Shown here: positions 1 to 12,971 of the stretch, piece by piece
Layout of the letters: each line of letters starts with the position of its first letter
Numbering within the stretch: the first letter of the stretch is position 1
Source: Utricularia gibba
Lineage: Eukaryota; Plantae; Magnoliophyta
DNA length: 64,000 nt
Direction: 5' to 3'
NCBI GenBank assembly: GCA_002189035.1
Contig: NEEC01000008.1
Span: forward strand, 1,984,001 to 2,048,000
The notes under the pieces: generated by a model
Seen by the model: the letters and a program-made list of their open reading frames with translations, nothing else
Databases searched by the model: none
What the model was told of the DNA's origin: nothing
Program-made: the position numbers and the translations under genes

Positions 1-53
1 AGAAAATGATCGAAATTCCTCAAGCGTCATTTTATTTACTGCTGCTACCTCAG

Positions 54-494
54 GAGAAGGAGTTGGCTGAAAAGCTTGCAGAATGTCAAGAGACCATATT
101 TCTTCTTGGCAAGCAATTGAAAACTTTGCGTGGCCAAGAAACCATCAGTTCGCTGCTTGGAAGAACTCTAAGGGTCGGAACGCATGGAGAAGAATCAACG
201 GAAATTGGGACAAACTTACAAGATTGCGTTTCCTTTGGAAGCGATACAGACACTTCTTTAAAATTTCAGAGAGCTGCTGGATTGGAATCGCCCCTACTGG
301 ACTTATGCAATCCCCTGTTCAGTCCTGACAACAAAAGAAATAAGTCCGCGAGATCCCCAATAAGATCAAAGCATTCCAAGCACCGGCCAACAAAGTCGTG
401 TTCATCTTCTTCATCTGTCCAATCTTTAGAGAAACCTGCCCGTGGGTTCAGTAGATTCTTTTCATCATACACAAGGGGAAAGGTCAGCCAATAA
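54..494 (+). CDS. FPP: Filament-like plant protein (FPP family), last coding exon; gene starts upstream of the window
   Basis: After acceptor ...tacctcag| (51-53) the frame reads EKELAEKLAECQETIFLLGKQLKTLR, the conserved C-terminal coiled-coil motif of FPP proteins, and ends ...PARGFSRFFSS...* at 494. Confidence 0.85.
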   Translation, partial: EKELAEKLAECQETIFLLGKQLKTLRGQETISSLLGRTLRVGTHGEESTEIGTNLQDCVSFGSDTDTSLKFQRAAGLESPLLDLCNPLFSPDNKRNKSARSPIRSKHSKHRPTKSCSSSSSVQSLEKPARGFSRFFSSYTRGKVSQ

Positions 495-687
495 TTAGTG
501 AATGGGTTGTTTTGATACTGTTCTGTTGCAGTTCATCATTTGACGTTTTCATGGAAATAAAGGTGCAAGTGCTAGTTGAACTTGTGTCATACATGTAATT
601 TGGTTTGGTTCTTAACAGGGAAAAACTGCAAAATCCAGATGCCAAAACCTTGTGTTCAACTTTCAATGATACAACAAAGACACCAAA

Positions 688-725
688 ATATATATATATA
701 TATATAATATATATATATATATATA
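688..725. repeat. (TA)n microsatellite, one interruption
   Basis: About 18 TA units between the convergent FPP and TRM6 stop codons. Confidence 0.95.
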
Positions 726-747
726 ATGATGTTAGAAGAAAAGAAGT

Positions 748-3659
748 TTAACCGGCCTCAGAACTAGAAATCCTCGTGCCACTCATTAGATAACCACCAG
801 ATGAGCTCATCTGCATAAACGGATGGCTTCTTGATGGAAGCACCTGAATGTTTGAAAGAATGCATATGATTATACGATACAGACAGCAGACAAAAGAGAG
901 CCGGAGGGGGTTTCTGATAAGATTTCCTCTTGATTGTGAAGTGTTATGCACCTGATATTCGCGTAACCATGGCTCGGAAAGCTGCAAGCCAATGGCCATT
1001 TTCTCCATCTGAAGATTGTGCATACATGTCGCAAGAGGCTGGAAACAGGAATGATTGAGTATACATGTTCATAAAAGTCTGAAAAGGGTGTCTGAAATTG
1101 CTTTACGAAAATGTGTCACCTGCAGATATTGGTGATAAACCACGAATGGTGCTGAGTGGGATAGAAGGGGTAAAAGTTCTTTGATGATCCCCCAAGCATC
1201 ACAATTCGGGGCTGCAACGATCAGACTAAAAAAAGAAATGCACGGAATGAGCTACAAAATCAACCGAAAAGCATGCAAATTCAAACACTACATACCTGGA
1301 AAATCCATTTTCCCTCCAGAATTTGATGACTTCAGGGGCCGCCTTCCCTCCGGATTTGACCTTTTTAATTTCTTGTGAAGAAGCTGTGGCATCACTGGCT
1401 CCGTCTATATCTCCAATGATATCACCTTCTGAACTTGGCAAGATTGCATCTGAAGGGCATCGTACATCTTCCTGCAGAAGAACAATGATGTATTCTCAAG
1501 ATAGCATGAGAATTTTGTGTAAGTACAGCACAAGAAACAGGACCTACTTCTGGCTTGGTTCCATTGCTGCAGACATTCTCAAGGTTGTTTGTGGATGCAA
1601 AAACTGCATCATCAGATCTTAACTCAGCTAATGAACAGTGCACGATCCTTGAAAGACGGGAAGAGTTGCAGACGTTACCCCCAACGACTTATAAACATGA
1701 TGAATTAACAATTGATTTCAAATGATGATAAAACAAGGTGTACCTCTGGCATGTTTCATCACTAAAGTTGAACATTCTGATTATGCTGGAAGGATATGGT
1801 TTGGTTCCATAATATGTATTGCAAGCATAGCCCAATCCTGCAGAGGATCCAAATAAGGATTCGGGCAATTATAAAACATAAAAAGTCCACAAAAAGCAGA
1901 TCAGAGTATGTTTATCAACAGATTGCCATCCAAAAAGGTAGCAAATTTTAAATTGTTTTTCTAGGAAAAAAAACATGCGCTATCTCACAAATTTGATCAA
2001 TGCTGATGCACGCATTGGTTAAGAATATTGAGCCCACTAAGAGATGGGCGATATTTCCTTTTAACATTATTTTTTTATGAAAAGCAAATGAACTAAGACA
2101 CGAAAGGGTGCCAAGAAATTAGATACCTCCAAGGCGCTCTGCAACAGCACCGGTTACTAGACCTTCAAGCATATCCACCAGTAAAACGCTTGAATTTGCG
2201 GTGATATTAGCCATTGAAAGGATAAGAGACAGTGTGTCCACCCTCAAGTACCTAATATTCATAGAAGCCATGGAAGGGAGTAACAAACTGAATAATTCCA
2301 GCGTAGATGTAACACAAGCAGGAGATAATATGATTTCTCAGCAAATAATAGGCGTGTCCACAAGATAACGAGCTTAAAACTTGGATAAGTTGGAATTTTC
2401 TCTCCAAGCCACGAAGTAGCAAACTCCGTACCCGATTTTCTCTGCATATTTTTTGAAGTAGGCTTCGCAGATGCTGGGCAAGGATAGAATGTATCAGCAC
2501 AAGCGTGTAAATCCAAACAACCCTAAAGTTGTGTCAAGGCTAATGTTTCATTTACATTGAATTATGTGCTAACCTAACCTTCTGGCAAATGGCCGCCTCA
2601 TAAGGATAGTGGGTGCATACTTTTTCTGTTTCTTGATACGATATTTCTCCTGGAAAAGAAGGGAAACATCTATTCAAAAACCTGTTTAATCACTTACCTG
2701 CCTAAGTGGATTTCTGAGAGTGACCTACCTGCGAAAATGCAGTCTTCTTCCCAAAAGTCGCACTGTTTGAAATAAGAGCGCCCACGATTTGGTCTCCAGT
2801 GGCTCCTCTTCTGCAGATAGTAAGCACGGAACACAACAAATCACTATGTATTGCTCAAATTTGAATTGCCTTTATCTCAATAATTCAAGGAGTTCAAACT
2901 TGAAAGGTGGCTATGTAATCACATGTAAGAATAGAAAAACATCTTTTAAACCAGACCTCCGCATGTCATCTATATCTTCACCAGTTAGACTCTGAGCTGT
3001 ATTGTTATCCACAAGCGCACGATTATCCCTTTGCTCCTCCATAGAAGGGTGCTCAGAAGTTTCATTATTGCTGCTACCTAATGATTAAAATCCAGAAACA
3101 AACATAAAAATAAAATAAAAGAAAATCAAGATAACGAAGTTCAAGTTCCACCAATCAACCAAAATCCCATAAAACACAGTTTTTAATGACGTAAAAATTG
3201 CATGCAACAATATAGCAACAAGACTATGAACCCAGCTTGAGCTCCTGCCTAATTCCTTTAAATTGTTATGCATTTTACAATATCAGCAGAAATTCATGCA
3301 AACCTTCTGCAGACGAAGAAACCCGAGAGAGGTAAGGTCCATTAGCCCCAATCTCTACCTGGAATTTAGAACCGAAAGGGCATCCAATCAAAGGCTGAAG
3401 AGAACAATTCTTGTTCCCAACCTTTATCCTCCTGAACAAATCACAATATTTCAGAAATTCAAAAATTCAATCAAACAGATCTAGTCCAGCCCTGAAAAAA
3501 ATGCAAATTTAACCCGAAAAGGTCTTACGATCCTCCTGTCAGACGAGCAAAAACAAATCGATCACCATCGTTAACGTCCAGCAAGACACTGCAGCCCTCC
3601 CAGGTGACCCTACTTCTCTGTTTCAGAGTCACATTTTCCCGCGTAACTTCACTCGCCAT
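748..3659 (-). CDS. TRM6: tRNA (adenine-58-N1)-methyltransferase non-catalytic subunit TRM6/GCD10, about 12 exons
   Basis: Spliced translation: MASEVTRENVTLKQRSRVTWEGCSVLLDVNDGDRFVFARL / RIKVGNKNCSLQPLIGCPFGSKF / DNRALVDNNTAQSLTGEDI / NSATFGKKTAFSQEKYRIKKQKKY / YLRVDTLSLILSMANI / LSEPWLREYQVLPSRSHPFMQMSSSGGY. All traced exons join in phase at GT-AG introns. Confidence 0.93.
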
Positions 3660-3752
3660 TGACTAAACAACACTCAGTTCCGAGAAAGCTCAGGACTTTG
3701 GAAAGGATGACGATGATTTGAACTGCAAGATTTGGCGCGACGCTTGAAGCAT

Positions 3753-3873
3753 AAACCCTAACCCACAAACCATATAATAAAGGTAGAATCAGTGCCCATT
3801 AGCACTTGACGTTGCCTTGATTCGTGGGCCAAACTTTCATTAACAAAGCGGTTGTGGCCCAATAAAAAGCCCG
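3753..3873. promoter_or_regulatory. Telo-box plus site II (TCP) elements upstream of TRM6
   Basis: AAACCCTAA at 3753-3761, TGGGCC at 3825-3830, GGCCCA at 3856-3861. This pairing is typical of plant translation and ribosome-biogenesis gene promoters. Confidence 0.65.
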
Positions 3874-6295
3874 ATAACGTGAATACAAAAAATCCAATCT
3901 ACATTTCCAGTTTCAAGTCTTGCTGTATCTTGAATGAAACATGTTCCGTTATCAGCAGCTACCATTAAGAAAACAGCAACCCGATTTGCCCTCTAACTCG
4001 AAAAGAAGATGCAGGCTATAAAGAGTTAATCCTTCAACACCTGAAGTGGAAGATTTTCTGATCATGTGAGCACTTCAGTGAAGATTTTGTAGTTGTTTCC
4101 TCATAATTCGATACGTGTTTGTTCCTAGGTGCAAGCACTTGGTTTGCAGGGAAACGAACACTGAATAATCTGCAGGGAAGACGAATTATAGTCACCCGAA
4201 GGAGCCAAGATGCACTTTGTGCCCCTACTTTAGCTGCTGGTTATGGACAAGAAACCCCTCTTGCATTAAGAGGGAGGAGCCCAAACACAAGACTAAACAT
4301 GTACTGATAATTGAACAACCAGTACCGAGTTTCCCATTCCTCGGAGACGTTTTTAATGCTTTTGCAGGACACAGTGCAGACGGGCCCAGTGCGCAATGGA
4401 CCAGTGGTTCTCCTTTGCAAGACAATGCTTAAGTCGCTTAGATGGCTTTAAGATAAACAGTTCAACTTGCAGTAGTTCCCTTTTTATTAAGGTAGGCATC
4501 CTCCCACAGACTCCCATCTGCCATGAGTCGCAGATCACATCTGCTTGCTCCAAATGCACAGCAGTCTCAGCTGCGAGACGCCGCTACAGGTCCCGGAGAC
4601 TCCCCATACCCTCCTTACGCCGGCCGCAGTTGGTGCCTGAACCAGAAGACCTCACAAATTTTCTTCATTTGCCAGCTTGATTCGAATTGTTCCAGCGACA
4701 GCAATCCACCGCGGTGTCGCTATTCCTGTCTCCATAAATCCTTGCTGTCTCTGCAACTTGTCAGCAAGCCAAGGCAACTGCTGTACGCCAGATGAGGAAA
4801 TAAATTAAAATACCTCAAATCGAAACACAATTCTGGTCACTGAAAAACCCAAAATTATATTTTTGAAAAATAAGTATTAGCAAAAAAGCTTAGCAATAAT
4901 TTAGAAGTATGATTAGTGATGGAAAGGGGGTGTCCCATGTGCCTCCTGATTTGGTTAGGGGGTACTTTTCGATACCAATTCAACTCGTTTCTTGACCAAG
5001 ACATGTTAGTGTTTAGCTAATGATGGACGATCACCTCTTCCCACCCACCTCTTTTGAAATTTCACCATATACTAAGAAGCTCCACAACCAAATCGGGTTT
5101 GATTCTTGATGTTTTGAGTTTACATAAAAGTTATCAAAACAAACAACGTATGTTGTTAAGATTTGAAAATAAAATAGTTAATTAATAGTAATCGATTGAA
5201 TTTAATTTTTTTTAATATAATTCATATTTTTTTATGTATTTAAATTTTATATGTATGAGATTAATTCACAAGATAATTAATTTCAATAAAAATAATATTA
5301 AAAGAAGTATTTTATGGTCAATGACTAATTTACCCTCAATTGTAATTGATTTCATGGAACGGGGAACTCTTTCCATTTTAAGTAATTCAATTCGTTTAAA
5401 TTAGATTTGGACAAGAACTATTTCCACACAAATAAGATGTGTGTGAACTATTCAATTTGATATTTATAAGAAAAATATTTTGAATGGAATAAATCAAAGG
5501 TGTGTAAATTCTTAAAAAAGCAAGAAATATTCTCTTTTGAAGTATAAATAATTCGTGTGATCAAAAGAGAGTTCAATTGTAAAGTATCGGAAAAGATGCC
5601 TATGCTTGTGGAAAGAGCCCGATATTGTCCCTTGTGAGGTATGCAAACATTACACCGATACCTTTTGCAATTGGAGATCATAAAACTAAAGTTTAATCGA
5701 TAAAATAAAATAATCAAGTATATAATAAATTATAAATAATTATTAATTATTTAAATAATATTTTATAATATGATTTGCATTGTTTGTATATTCTGATTTA
5801 ACATATTATTATCAATTTTTTATATACTCTCAAGGGGCTCAAAACCTAGAAGCTGCGATTTTTTATTTAAAAAAAAGAAATTATAAATTAAAAGTTGTGT
5901 GCAGGCTGTAGGAGTCCCACAGGCCATAGCCAGTTCCCGACGAATGTGTGGAGAAAATGACGCGGGGGCGTCACGCGCACCACCACGCTCCCCATAATAA
6001 CGTGACATCCGACGCGCCTTTTCTTCCTTTTTTTTTCCGAAATGCATCATCAACATGTAGGGTTAATTTTTATGTAACCAACTCCAGATGTATGTTGTTT
6101 AAGAGGGGGTGGAATTGTGTAACATTCAATTACGGGGGACAAATCATAAAGGACGGGGGAGGGCAGTTCCGTAAATAGGGAGAGATCAAGGGGCCTGATG
6201 GCAAGCTTTTACTTGCCATCATTCATCTCCATTTCTCTTGTTTCCCTTTTCGTTTGTTCCAGCGGGAGGAAAAAGCTGTCGGTGGAACATTCGCG

Positions 6296-7837
6296 ATGAG
6301 GAAGGAACCACCGCCGCCGGTCGTCGGGAAGATCTTTCTCTGCGTCGAGAGCAAGCCCTTTTTCGCGGCATTACTTGCGATAACGGTTGTTGTGCTGCTC
6401 TGGAACCTCCAGCCGTATTACGAGAATATTCTATCCGCGTCTTCGCGTTGCGCCGCCGGTGCTGGGGTTGGGTCGATGGATTCGGCGGGTATTGAGTCTC
6501 TTAGTTTGGGGTTGACCACGGCGTCGGAGAAGAGGCTTGTTAGTCCGCCGGTGGATCCAGACAAGCGGGTCTTTAGAGCTTATGGTAGTGCGGCGGCGCT
6601 GTTTGTGCAAATGGGGGCGTATCGCGGTGGGCCGGCTACTTTTGCGGTGGTGGGTTTAGCGTCGAAGCCTACTCATGTTTTTGGGAAGCCTTGGTTCAAA
6701 TGCGAGTGGTTTCCCAACAATGGGAACTCCTCGGTTAGGGCTAAGGCCTACAAGATGCTTCCGGATTGGGGATATGGCCGCGTTTACACCGTCGTCATCG
6801 TCAATTGCACCTTCCCGGAGAATCCAAACGCCGATAACGGAGGCGGAAAGCTGATGCTCAACGCTTATTACGGGGAAAGTCCCCGCCGATTCGAGAAGTT
6901 CACGGTATTGGAGGAGGCGCCGGGCGCCTACGACGAGTCAAAATACCGGCCGCCGTACAAGTATGAGTACCTTTACTGTGGATCATCTTTGTACGGGAAC
7001 CTGAGCGCAGCGAGGATGAGAGAATGGATGGCCTATCACACTTGGTTCTTCGGACCCAGCTCCCATTTCGTCTTCCACGACGCCGGCGGGGTGTCCCCGG
7101 AGGTGAGGGCGGTCTTGGAGCCATGGAAGAGGGCTGGGAGAGTCACATTGCAAGATATTAGGGCTCAGGCGGAGTACGACGGTTACTATTACAATCAATT
7201 CTTGGTGGTAAACGATTGTCTCCACCGGTACCGCCACGCCGCGAATTGGACCTTCTATTTCGACGTGGATGAATACATCTATCTCCCCGACGGCAACACT
7301 CTGGAATCTGTGCTCCGAGGCTTTTCTAACAACACCCAGTTCACAATCGAGCAAAACGCCATGTCCAGCGTTCTCTGCGTCAATGACAGCAATCAGAAAC
7401 AGGATTATTCCAGGTGTAATTTCCACTCTGTTTCTTTCAATTCCACCAAATCAGCGAATCAATCGTTGGTCTAACTCTCCGATGAACGATCTGAATGAAG
7501 GCAATGGGGATTCGAGAAGCTGGTGTTCAGGGACTCCAGAACAAGAATCCGGCGAGATCGGAAATACGCGATTCAGGCGAAGAACGCCTACGCCACCGGC
7601 GTACATATGTCGGAAAACGTAATCGGCGGAACCCTCCACGCGACGGAGACCAAGATCCGATACTATCACTACCACAACTCCATCACCGTCCACGAGGAAC
7701 TCTGCCGGAAGCTAGTACCCACCGCTGCCTTGAACGCCACCACCTGGATCGATAAGGTACCGTACATTTACGACGACAACATGAAGAAACTTGCTCCCGC
7801 CATAAAACAGTTCGAGATGTCAGCCATCCGCCGGTGA
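6296..7837 (+). CDS. GALS1: Galactan beta-1,4-galactosyltransferase (GT92/DUF23), 2 exons (6296-7413, 7501-7837)
   Basis: Type II membrane anchor, then LFVQMGAYRGG, KPWFKCEW, YGRVYTVVIVNCTF, YLYCGSSLYGNL, REWMAYH, SHFVFHDAGG, FYFDVDEY. Intron 7414-7500 joins YSR|QWGFEKLVFR...KYAIQAKNAYATGVHMSEN...IRYYHYHNSI. Confidence 0.95.
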
Positions 7838-8060
7838 AATGATTCCAGGTGTTAGTATCAGCTTATTTCTTTTCCCCGGAAAATTTGTTGCGGACATCAA
7901 CATCAACATCATCGCCGTCGCCATGGATGTACAAAAAGCTTACAACACACCGGAATCTGTATGATTATGATTATTATTATTATTCTTTTTTGTTCAAATA
8001 TGAAAAATCCAAAAAGTTTACACCTTCAGAATGTAAAAAGCATCAAATTAACCACATCGG

Positions 8061-8210
8061 GCCACGTGGCGCCCTATGCGTGTACCTACCTGACTGATTG
8101 ACACGTCACACCTAAATCGAATTAAAATAAAAGAAATCATTTTTCTAATTTTCGACAAAAAAAGAGTAAAAACAAACGACGACTATTGGTGGCAAGTTGT
8201 TTGCCACGTG
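8061..8210. promoter_or_regulatory. Cluster of ACGT-core (G-box/ABRE-type) elements
   Basis: Perfect palindrome GCCACGTGGC at 8061-8070, TGACACGTCA at 8099-8108, GCCACGTG at 8203-8210. Confidence 0.5.
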
Positions 8211-8717
8211 CCTTGCCGGGATGAGCAAACAATAATAATGTAATTATCAATAATTAAGTGCATGGAGGGAGCCGGAATTCATTTCCCCGATCACCAGTTC
8301 TCTAAATTTCGCCGACACCCGCGGCGGAGCCACCGCCGCTACGTCCCTAGATCCCTCTCCCTTTTATTTATTACCTGCATTGATGACTTCTAACATCCAC
8401 TGTAGTAATAAACAACTATTCACAACATTCACTGTGTCAACGTTATTGGTGTAAATACCCAATACAATTGTATCATGACCTTATTGTACCAAGTATTTTG
8501 ATGGGTATGTGGAAATTCCTTGATAGAAATTTTGATATTAAAAACGTAAAACCATGAGGATTGAGATTACGTATTTGAAGTAGTTATTGGATCGACATGA
8601 AATCGAAGGGTCGTAGATATTTGTTTGAAAGGTAGAGGAGTAGTGAATTGGGATTAGTTGGTTTGTGGATCCATGGTTTAATGTTGATTTGGTGAAAGTG
8701 CAACCGAGTGGTGGTTT

Positions 8718-10486
8718 TCAGCGTTTAAGGCACTGTGACTCTCCAAACTCCATGTCCTTGAGGGGTCCCAACTCCAGTCCCTCTTTCAGTAGATTGATTT
8801 CATCTTCCTTGTTGGATGTAGTTATGGTAAGTTGTGGGTGCTGCTGCTTTTCATCATCCACAGCCCAACTGTAAACCACCATTCCTATGACTGCAATGAT
8901 CATCCCCAAGATGTTCTTCAAGTTCATCTCAGAATCAAAGAGAATCCAGCCAAGAATCAGCACACAGACTGTCTTCATGTGGCCCAAAACTTGGAAAGAT
9001 ACAGCAGAAAACCGCCCAATGCATTGGTACTGGCTCACGTTCCAGAACACAGCCAGAGAACATGACAGGAGAATGAATAGCTGCATAGGGTAGATCAGGT
9101 TAACTCTCTCTCAATTTTCAGATCATCAAGTTGAGTTGGAGGGGAGGCTTACTGTGGATGCACCAGTGAATTGGTAGTTCAGGATCACGTTCCCAGAAAG
9201 GAAGAAGTCAATTAGAGGTGCAGGAACAAGGAGGGACCATGCCTGAATTGGTGATGTTTTGTTTAGTAGCTCAAATGACCCGATTGAATACTTCTTCTGT
9301 AAGGACCCAATTGACTGCAACCAGAAACAATGTTAGATGCACTCTCTGTGCCTGCTGCAACAATGTGGGACTAATAGCATTGGTGTATGCAATCGACGCC
9401 AGTCGAGTAGGAGCCATTGTGTTTCTACATGCTACTCAACTTGGGGTCCAAAAAAATAAAAGAAAAAAAGGATGGATTTGAGTGGAATGCTACAAGAAAT
9501 TTGATTGTGCAATGGTGGATAGGCTCTCACTAATAATTAGTTCCATCAACCTCTAATAATATGCTTAGAGTAACTTGGTTTTCCCAATCCAATGAAAGGG
9601 AAACAACGTGGGGCTTTTATATCTGTGAACAACCTAACCAGTTGGCACTGGGTACCAAACTACGGGACTATCATCATAAATCACAGAAGAAAAGAAGGCG
9701 ACTGCTCTAAACACAACTTGGTTGAGAATATTCTCGAAATTCTATCTTTTTTGCAATGAAAATCATGCAGGTGACTAATGGGAACTGTTGTAAGAAAAAA
9801 ATGTAGGGTAAGAACTTACGATCTGTTGTATGGAAGTAGACAGAACCGATACACAGGCACATACAAATCCCTTGGGGTTCACTTTGACATCAGTCACTGT
9901 ACAAACTCCTGCACCTATTATGACAACCACAACAGAAATTTTAACTTGGTTCGAGTACTTTTTCCCATAAAGGAACCACTCAATCACACATACAACTGGA
10001 ATCATGCTCAGTTTCGATATCTGCACAGAAAGAAGATGTGTCATATTGCGCTAATCTAATAATATGCCTTGCAAGGAGGGTACTTGGTTAATTCAGATCA
10101 TACTTGGTAAAAGCCAACTGAGTTCAGCATTAGACTTAAATTCATCCCTGTGATGGAAACATTTCCGAGAAATGCAAACCAGAGAAGCTCCCAAAAAGGA
10201 ATTTCCTTTGATGTGGATATACCGGTAGCATTAGATATCATCCCCACCAGTGCAGTAACAGCAAAATGAAAACCAGTCAATGTAGTGGCTGCAGGAAGCA
10301 AAAAAGGGTTCCAAAAAGAGCAACATATTGAAACCACTTAACTGTAATTGACTAACCAAAGCTAAAGCCATATCCAGTCGGTGACATAAGCTGCTTGTTC
10401 GCGATAATGATCCCGACTGAGCTAGCAACATTCATTGCCCAAACGGTGACATCTGAAACCGCTGATGGCTTCTTCTCCCCTTCCAT
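8718..10486 (-). CDS. URGT: Golgi UDP-rhamnose/UDP-galactose transporter (URGT1/2-like nucleotide-sugar transporter), 5 exons
   Basis: [35 protein letters not shown] / [16 protein letters not shown]...[11 protein letters not shown] / [11 protein letters not shown]...[12 protein letters not shown] / [17 protein letters not shown] / [22 protein letters not shown]. Closely matches recalled Arabidopsis URGT1. Confidence 0.93.
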
Positions 10487-12971
10487 GATGATCCACGATC
10501 AACATGAAAGAGATAGATAGAAGCGAGTCGTGCGTTGACCCACAATATCTGGTTCTGCCGAAGGATAGATTCCTGAGTGACATTGAATGACATCTAAAAA
10601 AGTAAGCGCCGGCTTTCCCAGGCAATCTGCAATCCTCTTAACAATTATGACATGGCCACTCTAATCTATTTACATGTTTTCATTCAATTACCATTGACCA
10701 AAACACTTTTGTTTTGCGCGGGAAGGATTGTCTGCAGTGTGGCATCAAGTGAAAAGCTTGAAAGGAAAAACAACAACCCAAAACGAAGATTTTTAATTTG
10801 AAATAAAAAGCCGAATGGTAAGGTTCCATTACAGTGCAAATGCTCCATTGTAGCACTAGCATTCTCTGTGTGCAATAGTTTTCCAATGGCTTGAGATTAT
10901 CACACTCATATAAAGCACCAGTCAATACACATGCTTCCTATATCCTTTTCTGAGGATTCACTGAGATACTCTTCCACTTATAACTAATCAAGGGTAGTGA
11001 CTAATCATAAAGGATTTTGTGGATCTCTAACCATCTTTCTGTCATTCTATTTATCCTTTAGCTTAGTACTATGACTTGAATACAATTCCATCTGCGTTGA
11101 TGCTTGTATAGTTCACTGCCTTCTTCATCATCGTTATTCCTATAAGAAATGCAGAAATTAGTTGTGAGACATAGGAAGAAAACTGATAGAAGTAGATTGC
11201 AAGCATAATCAATTCTACTAATGCAGGGTCGCTTAATTTTTTCCCTATCTTTCCTATAAGATAACTGCATACAAACTTTGGCATCAAAATCTAGGAAAGT
11301 CACCCTACGAATCACCATTAAGATAAATACGATAAGCATGGTGTATAAGGAGAACCTGAGAATCATCTTCCACACCATCACATATCAACAGAAGCTATAT
11401 GACCAAATTGGCTGATGAATAGTTTCAAGGAATCCCCCAAGAATCAATTTCAGGTACCCCAGTGCTTGTAACATAGGAATTTTACGTGGGGTTCCCCCCT
11501 TGTCTAAAGCTGCCGTCAAAAGTACCAGAAAAATGGGATCTTGGCTTACGCTCCACGAACCCCCATTAAAGCAGTACTCAACTACAACACCTAGCAACCG
11601 CATGGGCATACATTGGCATGAAGACATCGTCACCAAGACTCGTTTAATTGCTAGAACTCGAAGCGTGAGCACGTTTGAAATACGAAATTGGAGGAGAATT
11701 TGCCTCTTTTTTGAAACCACGTTTTAATATAAATTACAAAATATGAGTTATTTATATTTTAAAATATTTTAAAAAATAGAAATATTTCTTATTTAAAAAA
11801 ATTAAAAAACCTTAATTTTTAATTTTTCGAAATCATTTTTCAAAAATTGCTTCTTGAAAATTATACCAAATAGACCCTTAAATTGTGTCTTTACGTTTAA
11901 TTTTTTGTGCCTCCAATTAATAATTTCAAATTAATTGTATCATTCTCTTTCACGTCTTTTATATTATATTAATTTATAATTCATATTTTGGCACGTTTAA
12001 TTAAAATTCATTGCACGATCATCATGATTCTTCATGTCAAATGTCAATATAATTTTTTATTTTAATGATTATGCTTCCTAATTATGATTTGAAAGAGAAA
12101 GGAAAAAAATTATTTTTAGTTTATAATAAATTTAAAAAAACGACTATGTTTTTTATTAAATAAAATAATTAGTCTAGGGTTTTAAATAGTTATGGGTTTG
12201 TTAAATGCGCCAAATTTCCCTTGTTTTTTTTTCAATAGAAAGATTTAAAGCTTCATTAATTTGTAAAAAATATGTATAAATACTATGAAATGTTAAAAAT
12301 ACAAGATGATAGACTATCAACGTGGATGATGACGAGAGTTTCGACGAATGATCAAATATAGTTTAAACAAACATTGATGCACATGTAATGCATTTTTTAT
12401 ATTTAATGAAACATTTGTAATTTTACTCTTTCGATTGATTTCATAAAACATTCACCAGAATATTCAACACAACATATTCATCTCAAATAATTTCATCTCA
12501 CACATTAAATTAAAAAGTTTATATTATAAAGTGGCAAAAATGATAAGATTAGGGGCAAATTTATAATTCCATATCAAATTCTCCTTGGATTAGGTCAGTC
12601 AAATGATTGCTTGTCATCCACCAACTTTCGGTTAACGCCCCCACCTACCCTTCTGCTCTGCTCCTTAACTCCAACTTTCTTCTTCCTTTGATGTCCAAGG
12701 ACAGAAATAGCCTCGTTTTTTGATCCAGGTATGTCTCTTTTCGCGCGTTTGACGATTGTAGGTCCGGCAATGTTGAGGAAGGATGTTTTGGTTTACTGTG
12801 TTTATGTCGTTATGATCGCCTCTTCTCTTGAACGATTGATGGGTTAGGAATGATTCGATTTTTTAGGGGGGTGGGGTGGGGTGGGGGAGTGCATTTGGAG
12901 AAACTTGGGAGTTTGTGTATTGTTGATCACTTACATCTACCTTTCCGATTAGGTAGTCTGTGGAGGCTGTA

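Noticed and set aside
6254-6295. TTG-initiated 14-aa extension of GALS shown in the ORF track
   Set aside because: The ATG at 6296 followed by a short cytosolic tail and TM anchor fits the type II Golgi topology.
11861-11880. Tourist-type terminal sequence (CCAAATAGACCC-TTA)
   Set aside because: No matching left TIR or target-site duplication found, so at most a solo remnant. A similar weak case lies near 21565-21820.
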